64,000 nucleotides of DNA, taken from Phoronis australis. Lineage: Eukaryota > Animalia > Phoronida. Under the pieces are notes generated by a model, which was given only the letters and a program-made list of their open reading frames with translations, made no database searches and had not been told where the DNA came from. The position numbers were made by a program, and so were the translations under genes. The stretch lies in NCBI GenBank assembly GCA_002633005.1, contig NMRA01000226.1:127728-191727 (forward strand), given 5' to 3'. Positions 51,050 to 64,000 of the stretch are shown one piece after another (position 1 is the first letter of the stretch; every line of letters starts with the position of its first letter).

Positions 51050-51148
51050 TATTTCCGCTTTTACTACCGACTCTGCGTTAACCGACTTTGTATGTGTTTG
51101 TTAACGTCCTTTATTGTGGTTGATTTAAGCTTTGCAACTAGTCCTCAG
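51050..51148 (+). promoter_or_regulatory. Putative promoter-proximal non-coding first exon of gene 2
   Basis: Donor CAG|gtaaca at 51148/51149, upstream of the acceptor at 52981; TGACGT motif ~51012; start position is a guess. Confidence 0.35.
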
Positions 51149-53013
51149 GTAACATACGTCTTGATTTGCAACATGTAGGCAAAGTTGTGTTACATGAGAT
51201 AACTACCTTCTCAAGCCTGTCTGTAGTTGCTAGGTTACGTGTCTTATCATACAACTAGTTGTCTAAGTCGTTGACTATTACTTCTGGTACTACCGTAAGT
51301 ACTATGTAGCATATTGGTCAGACCTAATCCTGGACTTAAAAACTAGTCAGTGGGACTGCAAAACCAAATGGGCAGTGATAAAAAGGTGTTATTAGGACCT
51401 CAGACGGGTTGGCCGGTACGTCAAAACCAGACAGCCGCACCCAAAAAATTGGTTCGCCGGACCTAAAAGGTGTTGGCCGGTGCTAAAACACAATGGCCGA
51501 TCAAGTCACCGATTTTGAACAAAACAAATAGGTATGCAAAGTAAACAATTACATGTCACTTGAATCCTGACGATTGACATTTTACTGAATAACGGTCGGG
51601 ATTTTTGACACAAGATGTTACGGGCTATTTTGTTCAACGTCTTGGCCATTATCAGTTTGTCTTCGTTTTGTAGTCACACATGCTTGAAAACAAAAATGAC
51701 TTTTGTCTGCTTATGCGTCTTTTACCGTTATTCATGTGTCATGAATTTGACGATGTTAAACAATTAATTTTATCAACATAATTTGCCGATAAAATGTTGG
51801 TGCCTCATGGCTTTCTATAACGGTCGTGACGTGGCAAAATTGACAGAATTCACTTACCTATTGGTTCAATGCTATTGTTTACATCCAGCAGCCAAAATTG
51901 GTAGCTCAAAATAGATCGCAGGTGCTGACACACAATTTATCTGTTGTCTGGCTTGGTGAAGTGGTGTACTTCGAAAAATGTTCAATTTTAGACAGCGATA
52001 ACGGTCAAGATTGCTTGACGGAATTCACCGAGGTGCTTTTGTATGAAACATTTGTTAAACTAAATCAATGCGCTTCAAGTAAATGAGTCCTGGAATTTTG
52101 GGTGTTGCTTGAAGTTGCTTTTGACAACCAGTTTGAAATCACTGGTCATCAGCAATATGGGAAATTGTCCATCTGAAGTTCGTCCTCAGGTTTGACGGAA
52201 CGCGTAACGCCCGTTATCGCATTTATAAATATTAAGTTGGCTAATTATACGGTATTCTGGAAAGATCTGCAATGAATTTTAGCTATTTTATTCACTGTTA
52301 TAAAGATTTTAAAATAACAAGAATTGCAGCCTTATGTAAGGATTTTAAGTTCATTCGAAAATGGTCGGTTACGAATGTCACTTCCGACTCCGAAAATTTG
52401 CTTGATTTTGAGATCAAACTGAATTGTGTAAAAACTTTGAAAGATTACCTAATGAAACTATTTCTGTTATCTGTTCATTACGTAACTTTATGATAAAACT
52501 GTTCACCGCTTAATAAGCCACGGGCATAAATTAACATGTTTTTGACATCACTGTGAGTGTATGCCTTAGCGTGAATTAACCCATATGCTGCGCCCTGTGG
52601 TGACCTTTTTATTATTTTTAACTTATTTTTTTTCGCCAGCCTCCCAATCTGCCAGCCATAAGAAATATTTTGAAATGTAATGCAGGCGTGATCCTACTGA
52701 AGAGAATGTGGTTGATATTTCAGCTCAGTTTTGGGGAATACATACTAACATAATGTCTAGGTTATTTGTAAAATGTGCTGTATGCGCTGCACATGACTAA
52801 TTTCGTGGTTAAAGGCAGCTTATAGTATAAATTTAAACCAAATTCGCAATATCGACTCTCTATGCTGTGACGGTAAGTTAGTCTAAAAATGATAGTTTGT
52901 TTGGCTGTAATCAGTTAACAGTTTAAGGTAGAACATGGCACTTGTAAGATTTAGCTACCTTAAGTTTGTTTTGTTTTCAGGTTCGTGCCAGCTTGGTATT
53001 CACTCCAATAGAG

Positions 53014-53107
53014 ATGTACAGGTTGTCGCTGTGTTGTCTTGCCTGTATTCTGTCTGCAATGGATTGTAGCTCCAGGTGTCTTCTCCAGATCCGTGACGTG
53101 ACAGGAA
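53014..53107 (+). CDS. Gene 2 start exon: signal peptide
   Basis: Acceptor ttttcag|52981; ATG 53014; MYRLSLCCLACILSAMDCSSRCLLQIRDVTG; phase-1 donor A|gttagt matches the Ig exon. Confidence 0.7.
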
Positions 53108-56100
53108 GTTAGTGTAACATTCTGACCTTATGCGAATGTTCACAAAGTTATGCAGTGTGTTCCAAGTTTGAGTGGTCCTTGACAACGATTCATGGTGCCG
53201 TGGTCAATGACGTCACGAGGGTTGCATTTTATAATTGCACAGCCATATGTACTTCCAGTTCTAAATTCTGAAACTTGACGCAAAAGCAGAAAGTTTTCGT
53301 GGGCATTTTACAGGTTAAAAACTTCAACACATACAAGAAATTTAATTTGTGCTTCTACAAGCAAAATTTTAAAACTTAGGGCAGTTTACCCCTTTAGCCT
53401 GTGCTAAACTCAAACTTTAGAATTTGGCTGCGAAAATTGCTGGCTTGATTTACATTCGCAGGTTTGTCCCAGAAGCCAAACCTGCACCTACGGAAAGGAA
53501 AAATACCCGATGTACTTTGCTGCAAAGATCTGTTGCACTAGGCTTCAGGATCATTGTACTTATTTGACGATTTACTTGAATTACATGTGAATTAACCATG
53601 CGGAAGAAACAATTCAGGGACATCACTAAACCAGATAGAAATTGTGAGCTTTTGCTAGAAGTCAATGGCAAGATACAGGTCCACAGCGGAACAAGTGGGA
53701 TCAGATGGCGTTAGGGTCAGGTATTAGAATCTGCAAAATTAATCAGTATGACATCCGTATCGATACTGCCAATTCAATGCCAATCTTTTGATACTATGAT
53801 ACCACCAAGTACTCAGTTTAACTCCTACGTTTTTGATACCGAAACGCTTCAAAAAATCATTTTCCCGTTTGCATTGATCCTACCATTGGTCTTACTTAAT
53901 ATGGAAAGGAACTAATCACCAGGAGACTGACTGATCTGCAAGGCACCAGACGGCTTTGTGGCGACCTGGTAAAAATACCATGTTGCCACGAAGCTGTCGT
54001 GCCAAATTTGATCGAACTCTCGAAATGCTACAGAAAGTTAAGAGACAGATGTCGGAACTGTTGAATAGAAGTCGGAAAGGCCCAAATGTATTGTCTGCCT
54101 CAGGAGGTGAACGCAATATGTTAGACCTGAAAGGTGGTGTAGTGGGAAATTAGTCACCTTGCACACAAGACACCCACAATTTTCCTCTGGAACAAGAAAC
54201 CTGTCCGAGCTGTCTCGTGCAGACATTTTCTGTGTTTGCCAGCTTTTCACTTTTAAGATGTTTCATTTTCAGCTCTTGCCAATCAAAGTTTGACAACGTC
54301 AGTTTCGGTTTGACGATCTGAGAATTTCGCCAGGTCTAATTTGGCGAGTTCGCATTTAATGGTTGTGTCGAGCACTGCTATGCGTTTAGTTTAAAATCTT
54401 TCTGGTATGCGGGGTCATGTCACTGGATTTTTTCTTTATTTTACCATTCATATCATTTGTGTTATGCATTCCAGGAATCGATCCAACAAATGCGTATTTG
54501 GTCTACGGATCTAATGTCAACTTGACATGTGACAAACATTGCTACACTGGTGCTGGCAACTCTAGCTTGATGGGGTTCAAGTTTTGGCACCACGGTGTGT
54601 TAAAATGGGTCTACTATCCTGGTGACCCTCAACTTACTATAGTGAATGAGACGGCCATCACACTGGAGCTCACCAATGTCACCTTGGCCTCCAAGGGGAA
54701 CTATTCCTGCTTCATGTTATCTTCAGTAACTAACAACACCACACCTCTGCAGTCCTTGGTTATCAACAATATCGGATGTAGGTTGCTTGCTTTGTTTTGT
54801 ATGTTTTTACGTGTTCAGTAAAGGTCTTATGCTGCACTCATGAGGTCAAGCCAAATTAACAAGCCTATAGATTCGAATTAGAATTAGAATAAATCAACTT
54901 AATGGCAAAGATCTTCTTATTGAGCCAATCAATGAACTTCATTTGGTCCGTGATTCTATCACGTGTAATTAGGACCAATATTTACCTCATTTTATTGAAG
55001 AATCAAATCAAATGGTTTGACCCCAAAACATGAACCAGAACAATGGTTTTGTAGATGGCTTTGCTTGTGGATCTAGGGTTACTCTGTAGCAGTTGATGAC
55101 AGTTTCATGTTACGTTACTTTGAAGCGTGTCCTGTTCTCTCCTATTTTGCACACTGTGTATTGGACAAGTGGAAATTTCATTTGGTTTCTCGAAAAAATG
55201 AAGATTAGAAATCTCAAGTCATTACCTTGTTATGCGCCCACATATTTATATGTGGACGCATTATGGCGTCATCTCCGTCCTTCCGTTCGGGCAGCGTCCG
55301 TTCGGCATCTGCTGCTCTATCTCCAAAACCCTTTGACTTACGTTCATGAAATTTGGCACATATGTTTCATTTATGAATGGGACGCCATGAGCAAAATTTC
55401 AAACGGATCTGACTACAGGTGTGCCCCCTAGTGGCAATTTTATTTTTTTACGCTTACCTTTGTATCTTCAAAAGTCCTGAATGGATTTTCATGAAATTTG
55501 TCGTGTAGGCACCTATTAGTGAGATGACGCTATCCTCTTGTTTTCGGATGGATTCGACGTAGTTTGTGCCACGTAGTGGCCAGTTTTACTGTTTTCGAGT
55601 CTGTTTTTTGTGTCCACCCATCTATCAACCAAACCGCTCAAAGGATGATTGTGAAAATTGGCATGTATGTGCTTACTAAGAAGAGAACGGTTGACGATGA
55701 TTTTCCGATGATTTTGACTACTGTGGCGCCTCCTAGTCACAGTTTTGTTTTTGTTGCGCCTATGGTTGTATCTCCTAAACCGTTCGCAGGATCTTTACTT
55801 AACTAACAAGTGTATTAATTTTATATGATGTTGACTACGGATGACGACGACTTTCAAAAAAGTCTGTCGTCAATGACCCGCACACGCACTCACTCTCATA
55901 CGCAGACGAACTTCAAAACAAACGTCACGTGACAACAACGTGTGTTCATCCAGAGTTTTTTCTTGTGTTGTGGGGTACAATGTAGCGCAGATTCGGACTT
56001 AATAGCAATTAATCTAGACTCCACATGAACTTTAAAAATTGTAAAACATAACGAAGATTTCATGTAATTTGTTGAGTCGAAACTATATTTTTATTCAGGA

Positions 56101-59100
56101 ATTCAAGTTTTCCTATTGACGATCGTGATTTAGGGACGTATCAGTTGGCAAGTTTTCGCCCTGGGATTTCAGCACAATTTTTTTGAAAAATTATCGTAAT
56201 TTAACAACGGAGTTTGATAGCAGTACACCTCAATTTTGTAGAAAGACTGTCATAGGCTACAAATACGTCACAGAGCTTAAATTTGATGAATCCTAGCTTC
56301 CGATTTTACCCGTTTCGGAAACTCGGTTTCAAAACGTCCCCTCCCGGTGAAACGAATTTTTCTAAGCGTTTATTAGAGCCAATACAGTATACAGCTTTCC
56401 ACCTATGACATTATTCTTTGTTGCATTAGTTAACTCAGGTCTTGGCTAATTATCATTTTATGGCATGGTCATCCATTCAGCCAAAAGTAGTTCCATAGGT
56501 GGCTTATCAGCCAATTATTCACGCATGCTGACTCACAATAGAAGCCTGATAAGAGTGAAGGTGGATAAATGCAGTGTTCCTACAGTTTCTTGTAGTGGAT
56601 GTGTTCACCACATGATGTAGTTAAGTTTCCAGTATTGGCTGAAAGGTAATAGGCCTTAAAGGTTGAAAAATGAAAATTTCGGCTATTATTTTCGTGCAAA
56701 ATTACTGAAATATGCCTGCAGTACGTTTTGATTAAACACAGTCAAGATCTTTTTAATACAATTTGGCTTTGAGTGATGCTTGTGTTGTGAAAAAATGTTT
56801 CTTACTATCTGTCTGATTAAACCATTTTAATGTTGAACATTGTAACAGTCAGTTGTGGCCTAAAGAATTGTTGTCCCATTTATTTTGTATCTCTGTATTG
56901 ATTGATTGATATCTACGTAAATCGCTTCATCTCTCGTCCAAACTATCAATAAACACCATGCCATCTGCTGGAAGAATACCTAGCATGCACACTTCTCACT
57001 TTGTCAATAATTTCCTTATAATTATTTCTTTACAAACACTGATACAATTATGACAGGTACCTTGGATTGGCAGCGTTTACCTATTTTTTGCAGTTTTGCA
57101 TTGATTAAGTGTGTAAAAAGGTATGCGGTCAATTCCAGTGTCTTTAAAAGCTCTGCATTTGACCTCTGAATGCACTGACCGGACACTTTTAAGTGCCCCT
57201 TGTTAAAATTTGTCAGTTACTTTATTGTGCATATTAATTACTGTGTTGCCATTGGGATGCCGTATTCGTCATTTTCAGTTCCTTTTGGAGCTTGTTGTCT
57301 CAGTAAGGGCATGTGGCCTGATTTTTGTTTTTAAAAAGATGCCTACAAGATCGATTATTGCAAGAGTGGGGTTCCTGTATTTGAAAATTGGTACACAATC
57401 GACAACAATTTGGCGTTTGCTACCAATATTGTTTCAATTCTGATATCAAACTCTCCGTGAGTTTGATGTTGATAAGTTGTGATTGTGTTTGTGGCAACAA
57501 ATAAGTGTCAGAATATTTGTGAGTTGAACAGTCTTGTTTCCTCTCTACTAAGATGTCTCCAATTTGAAAAAAGCCCTTCCAATTTCCTTGGAAGCATGAA
57601 AGGAGATTTGTGTTTTTGCATGGTCTGTCCTTTTCTACTCGGTGATCAGTTTTCCTCTTTGCTATGTTGCGATATTCTTAATCATTACAGTACCCCCTGG
57701 GAGGGCTAAAATAAGGTGTGTGGTTATGAACTACTTGGACATGTTGTGCACTGCAAAGATGACCGACACGTTCCTCGCTAATAATGTCACCATGTACTAC
57801 AAAGTCATTGCACAGTAAGGTTCTGATTCATCATCTTTACACATAGTTACACTGGTTGTTCATTACCTTTACAAACCCAATATGGCAGTGTGCCATGCTG
57901 CTCTAACAGTTACATATTCTGTAACAAATTACAAATCTTGCAATCGGTCTCGATTTATTTCTGCTATACTTGAGTTTAACTTAAGTTGCCTGTGTGGTGG
58001 GCTATTTTAATTTCTATTTTTTTACAGTTGTGTTACCATGGTGATGCTTTCTTTGACTTTCAGTTCTATTTGGAGCTTGTCCTCACGGTAAGAGCCTCTC
58101 GCCTGCTGCCTCCAAGCACCCCGTCTCTTGTCAGCCTTGTGTTATCAGTGATTTACAATTTTTTTACGACTTAAGCAGTCAAGTTCTCGGCTAAGTCTGG
58201 CCCACTGCCTTGCGTTTAATCATTGAAATCTAATTTCAGACAAAATATGGCAGAGAAGTGAATTTTTGTTCCGTGAGAGAAGTGTAGCATGTTCAAGGTG
58301 TGCACCATAGCTGTCACCAGATAATATTCTGTATAATTGTTGCCCTTGAAATATGAAACTGGTGAGATGTTATTGTAGCCTGTACCTGGTCTAGAAACTG
58401 ATAATTCGAGTCCCTAGCCTGACAAGTGATCATTATCCTTGCTATGTTAATAACTGCGCAACTAATGCTGTTGGTCGTAAACCTTTGCTTGCATGATTGA
58501 TGATCGCATCTGCCAAATTTTAAGAAATTCACTCTCAAGCAGTCTGGTTTTGTTGCATTCAGCTTGTCACGCATCCCTTCATTTGAATACTCTGAATGTT
58601 ACCGTGGTAACAGTTACGGATCACATATCTTTTACCTACTGGAGACATAATTATCGAGCTTAGGACAACTTTCTGGAATGACTGCATCCACATGTTAAGT
58701 TTGTATGGGATATTTCCTACATCCCCAATTGGGTGAACTGTTTTCCCATGATGCCAGCTTTATGAATCATTTCCCCTTTGCCCCTGTTAAATGAATTACT
58801 TCGATCCCTGACCCCAGTTATGTGAATACCGGTAATTTCCTTTTTCCTAATCCGAGAATTATTTACCCTGATTTGCATGTCATGAAACAAGTGTTATTTA
58901 GACTGTATTGGTCGTGTTCCATATTTTGATGATTCATGTTTCAAAACAGTGTGTGACCGAAGAACTTTTGTCATTGGGGTTCATTTATTTTGTAACTGTA
59001 TCATTTTCACACACGTCGGATGTTATTTCTTTTTCAATGAGTTTCCACTACCTTCATTGGAATTTTTAAATAGGCCATTCATAAACTGAAATTTGCATCG

Positions 59101-62100
59101 TCAGAAGTGTCAGATTTGGGATAATAAACCAGGCTAGTTTTTGAAAAATTGAGACGTGTTTACCTCACGACTCATCCCAACAGTTGGTTTTAGTATTCAT
59201 TTCCTGTGAAACTTGGGAAAGATAGTATTACGTGGAGGTTCAACCTTACTTCATTGTTGAGGAATTCTCTCATTACCTTGTTAAGCATTTACCGAATAAT
59301 TCTTGTCATTCAAAACCTAGATTAGGCTACATTAGTTATCAAGAATGGATATTCTTAAATAAATTTTTAAAGATTCGTTGTACACCAGCCTGTAAAAATA
59401 CATAGTGTACACTTAGCCTAGTGATTGCATTTTTCCCAAAAATCATGATTTTTTCATCCAATTTGCAAATTCGTATTTCCTTTATTTGAATAGCTTCAAA
59501 TTTGTGTTTGGTGTTTTAGCCTGCGAGCACGACGGTAATAATCAAAACTTTCATTTTTTTGAGAAATGAACTAATAGCAGTCTGTAGGACTCTAGAAAAA
59601 AGTTGAAATTTAGCGAAGTTCGCAACTTGGTTTCTCAGGCATGGCTTATCAACTTCACGTGAATCTTGTAGGTACTATGCTTTATACTTGCAGTGTTCTC
59701 CAAAACTCTGTTAGGAATCATTTTAGTGATTTCCTCCTAATTGCATGAAAATCTATCAAAATAGAACTTTTATTAAATACAACCTTCCTGGAAAAGTCAA
59801 AATTCGCTTAAAACAAAATGATATTTTTAGTGGTTTTCCTTCCAAAACTGCTATAATTAACTCCGTTTTATCACAACTACACTGCCAGTAACTCCACTTA
59901 CCTTTCCGTTGGCTAACAGCATTGAAAATTCCTATGCATGTTCATGGATTCCATTTAAATGATGGAAATATAGAAGAATTTTTAAGGATCGTTTTTGGAA
60001 CTCAAGAAATTGTACCTGACATAAAACGTGTACAGCCGTTCTGTCCATATCTCAGAGACTTGTTTCACCAATGAGTGCGCCCTCTAACGTTGAAGAATAA
60101 AACCATGCATAAAACAATAACAACAGACTTGGAGATTCACTAGTGTCGGGGAGAATGCCAGCAACAATCCAAAATACTCCGCAGGTAGATCGAGTCTTGG
60201 GACTTCTATATTGCTATTGGTGTTTCTGTTAGATCTCTGATTTAAACACCAGGCGTAGTATTTGAGCCATAATCTCAAACTAATTTGTTTGAGATTAATA
60301 AACATCACCTGCCAGCTCCAATGCAGAATAACACTGGACGGATTAGTGTTATTGTCTGTCAGATTTTTCTTATCTAGTAGGTAATGAAAGGCGCAGGGGT
60401 GAAGAATATCTCATTGAGTCTCGCGTGACCTCTTGGGATTACTCCAGCCGAAGTGGAGTTGTGCAGCTCTGCACTTTAATCCACCTATTTTGAGAGGAGT
60501 TGCAATATAATGGCAAATTAAAAAGCAGAAGTTCTGTTTTCCCGTGGAACAGAACTCCGCAAAAAAGATCTGCGGTGTTGATGGCAAAGGGACGTACATA
60601 TTAACCAGATTGCTAGCTAAAATAGTCTTAAGAATAAATGGTTTTATGAAGTAAATTTTTGTGTATGGTCAAAGTAGATGAATCTTGATATTCTCTGGCA
60701 TGTGGAGATAAGTAATTCTCTTGCTCAAGAACTGCACTTGGTAGCTGTTTTGGATGTTTTGAACACTGATTTGTACAGGCCTAATTGTCAACAGGTGGCA
60801 GGTTGTTTCCTGTAATCTTTTGGCCTTGAGGTAGTACTTCGTATGTAGGAGGACGTCCATGGCTATGATTCACGGTAGGCATTTTGCTTTTAATAAAGAT
60901 GACCTGGAGTACCAGCTTTCTTGTTCAGTTTAGTTAGAATCTTGGCGTGATCACTGCATACAGTATGTTCAGAGGCACTTAGGTGTTCCCTTTTTCAGTG
61001 GATATTTTGTGTTCTTTGATTGGTGCTCAGGTTTCACTCGATTTCACTATTGTTGGTATGGGATGGATCTCCTGCTTGCGAGATCTCAGGTACATCTGCA
61101 CACAGGATTGGCGAATGGAGTAGAGTCCTTGGAGTCAACTAGCTAACGGTTGATTGGTTTTATCAAGGTGTTGATGTCAAATGACTTCCAAAATATGGCT
61201 TGCCTGTGAAATTGCTGCTCGAAGTCCTGATGTTAATATTTAGCGTATACGATGACACACGGAAATTGACAAACTTGGTATGGGTGTATTTTGGAAATTA
61301 GTTTTTGTCTCGAAGTGTAGCCATCAGTACTGCAAGTGGATTAATCAGTAGTTTGACATACAGCTAGCTGGCTGGCTAGCAGTAACCCATTTGGTAATAT
61401 AATCAAGATTAAACGTGGCACATATTGGTGATTGTGTGGGTAGAAAATGCTGTGTCACAATATCACTGGAAGGTATCGCGCTTAATTTTGATGATGTCAC
61501 TGAATGGGTTATCAACTGCCGATAGATCAGCAAAAAACTAAGTAAACTTTAATGTCCGTTAAATTTTGAAATTAAAAAAATGATTGAAGGCCATGTCAAA
61601 CGGGCACCACAGAGCAATTTCTACATGTCTTGTGAATGGATGATTTTATGGTAAGTTAAGTTAGGATCGTTTAAAGTCCACTCTGTAACTGAATAGAACG
61701 GTTGCATGTTGCATTAAATTTTGAAATTTTTTGGATTAAGCTTCATTTGTACCTGGCAAAATTGATTTTTTGTCACAATTGAAGTTCATTTTTTGATTTG
61801 TTTGCAAACTAGAGGTCATTTTTCATGCCTGATCATCATCCGATTTTTCTTGCAATTTTTTTGTTATAACTCGAGGTTCTCCAGATTTTCAGTAGACTGA
61901 TTGTCAGCCTTCATTTTCTTATCAATTTGCCCTCGGTTTACGGACATTTGTTTCTTTAGATTATTAATCTCGTCACCGATGTTAAAGATCTTGATTAGTA
62001 ACGTAATAACAGGCTGACATCTAATACAACAAGTTTATTTGTCTCTTACATTCTACTGAAAACCCAGCAATCAGCAGAGTCACCTTTTTTGTTTTAGGTC

Positions 62101-63272
62101 CACGTACGATCCATGCCCAAGGTTTAACAAGAAGACTCTTACTTGCTACTGGTACTCTAACTCGTTGGTACCATGTCCAACCGATGAGCCTGTGTTGGTC
62201 GACCAAACCTACGATGTAAAGGTGACGGCGACCAACAGTTTTGGTACAACAACAAGCGTGTCACGTTTTGTCCTAAGGAATTTTGGTGAGCCGTTTTCTT
62301 TGTTTGCTCATTTGCAAAATTATTTTCCTCAAAATATCGGTTCAACAAATGAAACGTTAGTGTACCTGAGCCAGAAGTATAATCACTAGGCAGATACTTT
62401 ATTCAGCTCTCGTCACATCAGTTAGGCACGTTGCAAGACAACGTTCTAAAGACCAAGTTTTTTGTGAGAGAAGAAGCATGATCTTTCAAGACGTTGCAAA
62501 ATCAGGCGAGAGGCGAGTGTTTCGTAAGTGCTCGGAAGCAAAATGGTGGACACTGAAGTGACTGGCTGGTAAAGTTGGAGTGTTGCGCTATGCGACAGAA
62601 TTCACCACTTTTTCACCTCAACAGCAAGCTGATGTCTTGCTGTCTAGCCCAGATTTTGTCAAGGTTGTTGTTTTTCTAACCCATGTGCTTTTGGACAGTG
62701 GGATGGAGGACAGATTTGTTTTAACCTAAGTTGTTATTTTTAGACCCATTTTGATGCATTGTAGATGCAATAAAAGTGAATAAATTATTTGAAAATTCTG
62801 TTTCAGGAAAAAGCAAATTATGCTGATGTTTCAGTACCCTCAATTGAGGTTAGTTATGGCATAAGCCAACCTAATCTTGCGGGAATTTCCATGCTTGGCC
62901 TGAAGTTGTCTTCACTTTCATATGACAGAAAGCTGGATACAGTTGAAATATGGAAACTGTGGTGGTCACTTGCAATTCGAGGAGCTTTTAAATTCATAAC
63001 CTTTTGCCTGATCCGATGTATGAAGCCGGTTGTGCTTTTTACCACTCATGCAAAACATAGTGTAAGGTCAAAGCACCATCACTGATTATTTTATCCACTG
63101 TCTGCTGCATCTTACAGTTAAGCCAAATCCTGTGACAAACCTGCAGATTGTCAACAAGGGTAGCAGAAATGTGATCTTGTCCTTTGACTTGGATTCCATG
63201 TTCTATGTGAGACCCCATCTACTGGATTTGCGCTACACTTCCAAGTTTCACTCTGGAATTGTCACCAAGAAG
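53014..63272 (+). CDS. Gene 2: tandem paralog of the gp130/Domeless-like receptor, 3'-partial (continues beyond window)
   Basis: Exons 53014-53107 (signal peptide), 54475-54777 (Ig), 57691-57814, possible microexon 58064-58087, 62098-62285, 63118-63272; phases consistent; last two exons ~91% identical to gene 1. Confidence 0.85.
54475..54777 (+). CDS. Gene 2 exon: N-terminal Ig-like domain D1
   Basis: attccag|GA...GGAT|gtaggt; IDPTNAYLVYGSNVNLTC...IVNETAITLELTNVTLASKGNYSCFM (Ig Cys pair, G-x-Y-x-C). Confidence 0.9.
55230..55860 (+). mobile_element. HINE-like element, same family, 3'-truncated
   Basis: ATGCGCCCAC...GTGGACGCAT start; monomers closely match 10060-10660. Confidence 0.8.
57691..57814 (+). 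CDS. Gene 2 exon: first half of D2
   Basis: attacag|TA...CA|gtaagg; LPPGRAKIRCVVMNYLDMLCTAKMTDTFLANNVTMYYKVIA (cf. gp130 LPPEKPKNLSCIVN...MRCEW...THLETNFTL); absent from the ORF track. Confidence 0.88.
58064..58087 (+). CDS. Candidate 24-nt microexon of gene 2
   Basis: gactttcag|TTCTATTTGGAGCTTGTCCTCACG|gtaaga; frame-preserving in a phase-2 intron (HSIWSLSSR); homologous copy at 57279-57302. Confidence 0.5.
60650..61250 (-). pseudogene. Possible highly decayed LINE reverse-transcriptase relic
   Basis: On the minus strand, in the expected order but frameshifted: WKSFD, QG...SPIL, ILYA(D)D, TYL. Confidence 0.3.
62098..62285 (+). CDS. Gene 2 exon: second half of D2
   Basis: Same length (188 nt) and splice sites as 631-818. 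Confidence 0.9.
63118..63272 (+). CDS. Gene 2 exon: first half of D3
   Basis: Same length (155 nt) and splice sites as 1677-1831. Confidence 0.9.
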
Positions 63273-64000
63273 GTATGCGTACTAGATGGGAGATCCTGTT
63301 TGTGGGGATTTGTATAGCATGTAGCGCCACACAGGACCATCAAACTTAACTGAGCAGAGAACGCCTGACCGGAGACTCTACTCAACACTTCTAGTCCCAG
63401 ACAAGTGTCAGGCTCCAACCCTAGTTGATGATTACTTGAGGCATGATATTCTCGCCAGCTCCCAGTCGGTCAAGTGCTTGTTCCTGGTTGGAAAGAATTT
63501 TTCACCTTCTTTCAGTACAGTGGCACGTGTTTTTGAAAGTTGGGAAGCTTCAAGATATCTGGACTTTTGTATGACAAACGATATTGTCTTGGTCATCGAA
63601 AACCTTAAGTTTGAAGTTCACAAAATGACCCAAAATAGTTTCAGTGGCCAATGAAAATTGTTTTGAAATATTTTGTGAGAAACTTAGTTGATGATGCAAG
63701 ATAAATAAGACCATGATTTAGAAAACCGTTTCAGGAGATCATGTAATTCAGTCAAGCGTGACATTTACTAGTAATTAAATATTAAGTTGACGCCTACTGT
63801 TTATTGAAAATTGACTGAAGGTGGAATGGAAATCATATATAACTGGAAAACATGGAAATTGATGCCACAGCATAGCTGAAAGCTATGTCTTGGGGTTTTA
63901 ACTACTGAATGGAAGGAATATGAAGACAATTACGAGTGTTTTCACTGTCCTTTTCTGATTGGATTGTTTATTAGCCTATAATCGATCCATAATTGGGTAA

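Larger units (their letters stand above)
61793..64000 (+). repeat. Segmental duplicate of 321-~2550
   Basis: Colinear high-identity match including introns, offset ~61.47 kb. Confidence 0.95.

Noticed and set aside
50805-59793. STAT-like TTC(N3-4)GAA sites (50805, 54469, 57584, 59785) as a feedback enhancer
   Set aside because: Scattered and not obviously above chance in AT-rich DNA.

Overview
AT-rich, intron-rich eukaryotic DNA, probably from an invertebrate bilaterian (inference); most ORFs in the supplied track are spurious. Manual splicing shows two tandem + strand paralogs of a gp130/LIFR/Domeless-type 'tall' class I cytokine receptor (Ig - cytokine-binding module - 3 FN3 - TM - Tyr-bearing tail), offset by about 61.5 kb. 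Gene 1 lacks its 5' end in this window (14 exons, 631-34662). Gene 2 lacks its 3' end (signal peptide at 53014 onward). In the two exons present in both copies, 22 codons differ non-synonymously and 3 synonymously, while an adjacent intron stretch is identical. Introns carry Helentron-type non-autonomous elements whose ~145-bp internal satellite has one co-oriented CTCF-consensus motif per monomer; a second family repeats a YY1-like motif every ~153 bp. Between the genes lie an unexplained island of minus-strand ORFs with a gap-spanning ~0.9-kb duplication (37.3-41.0 kb) and a rearranged non-autonomous gypsy-like LTR element (44466-49574) holding a nested MULE-like foldback element. All calls come from reading the sequence by eye; no searches were run.
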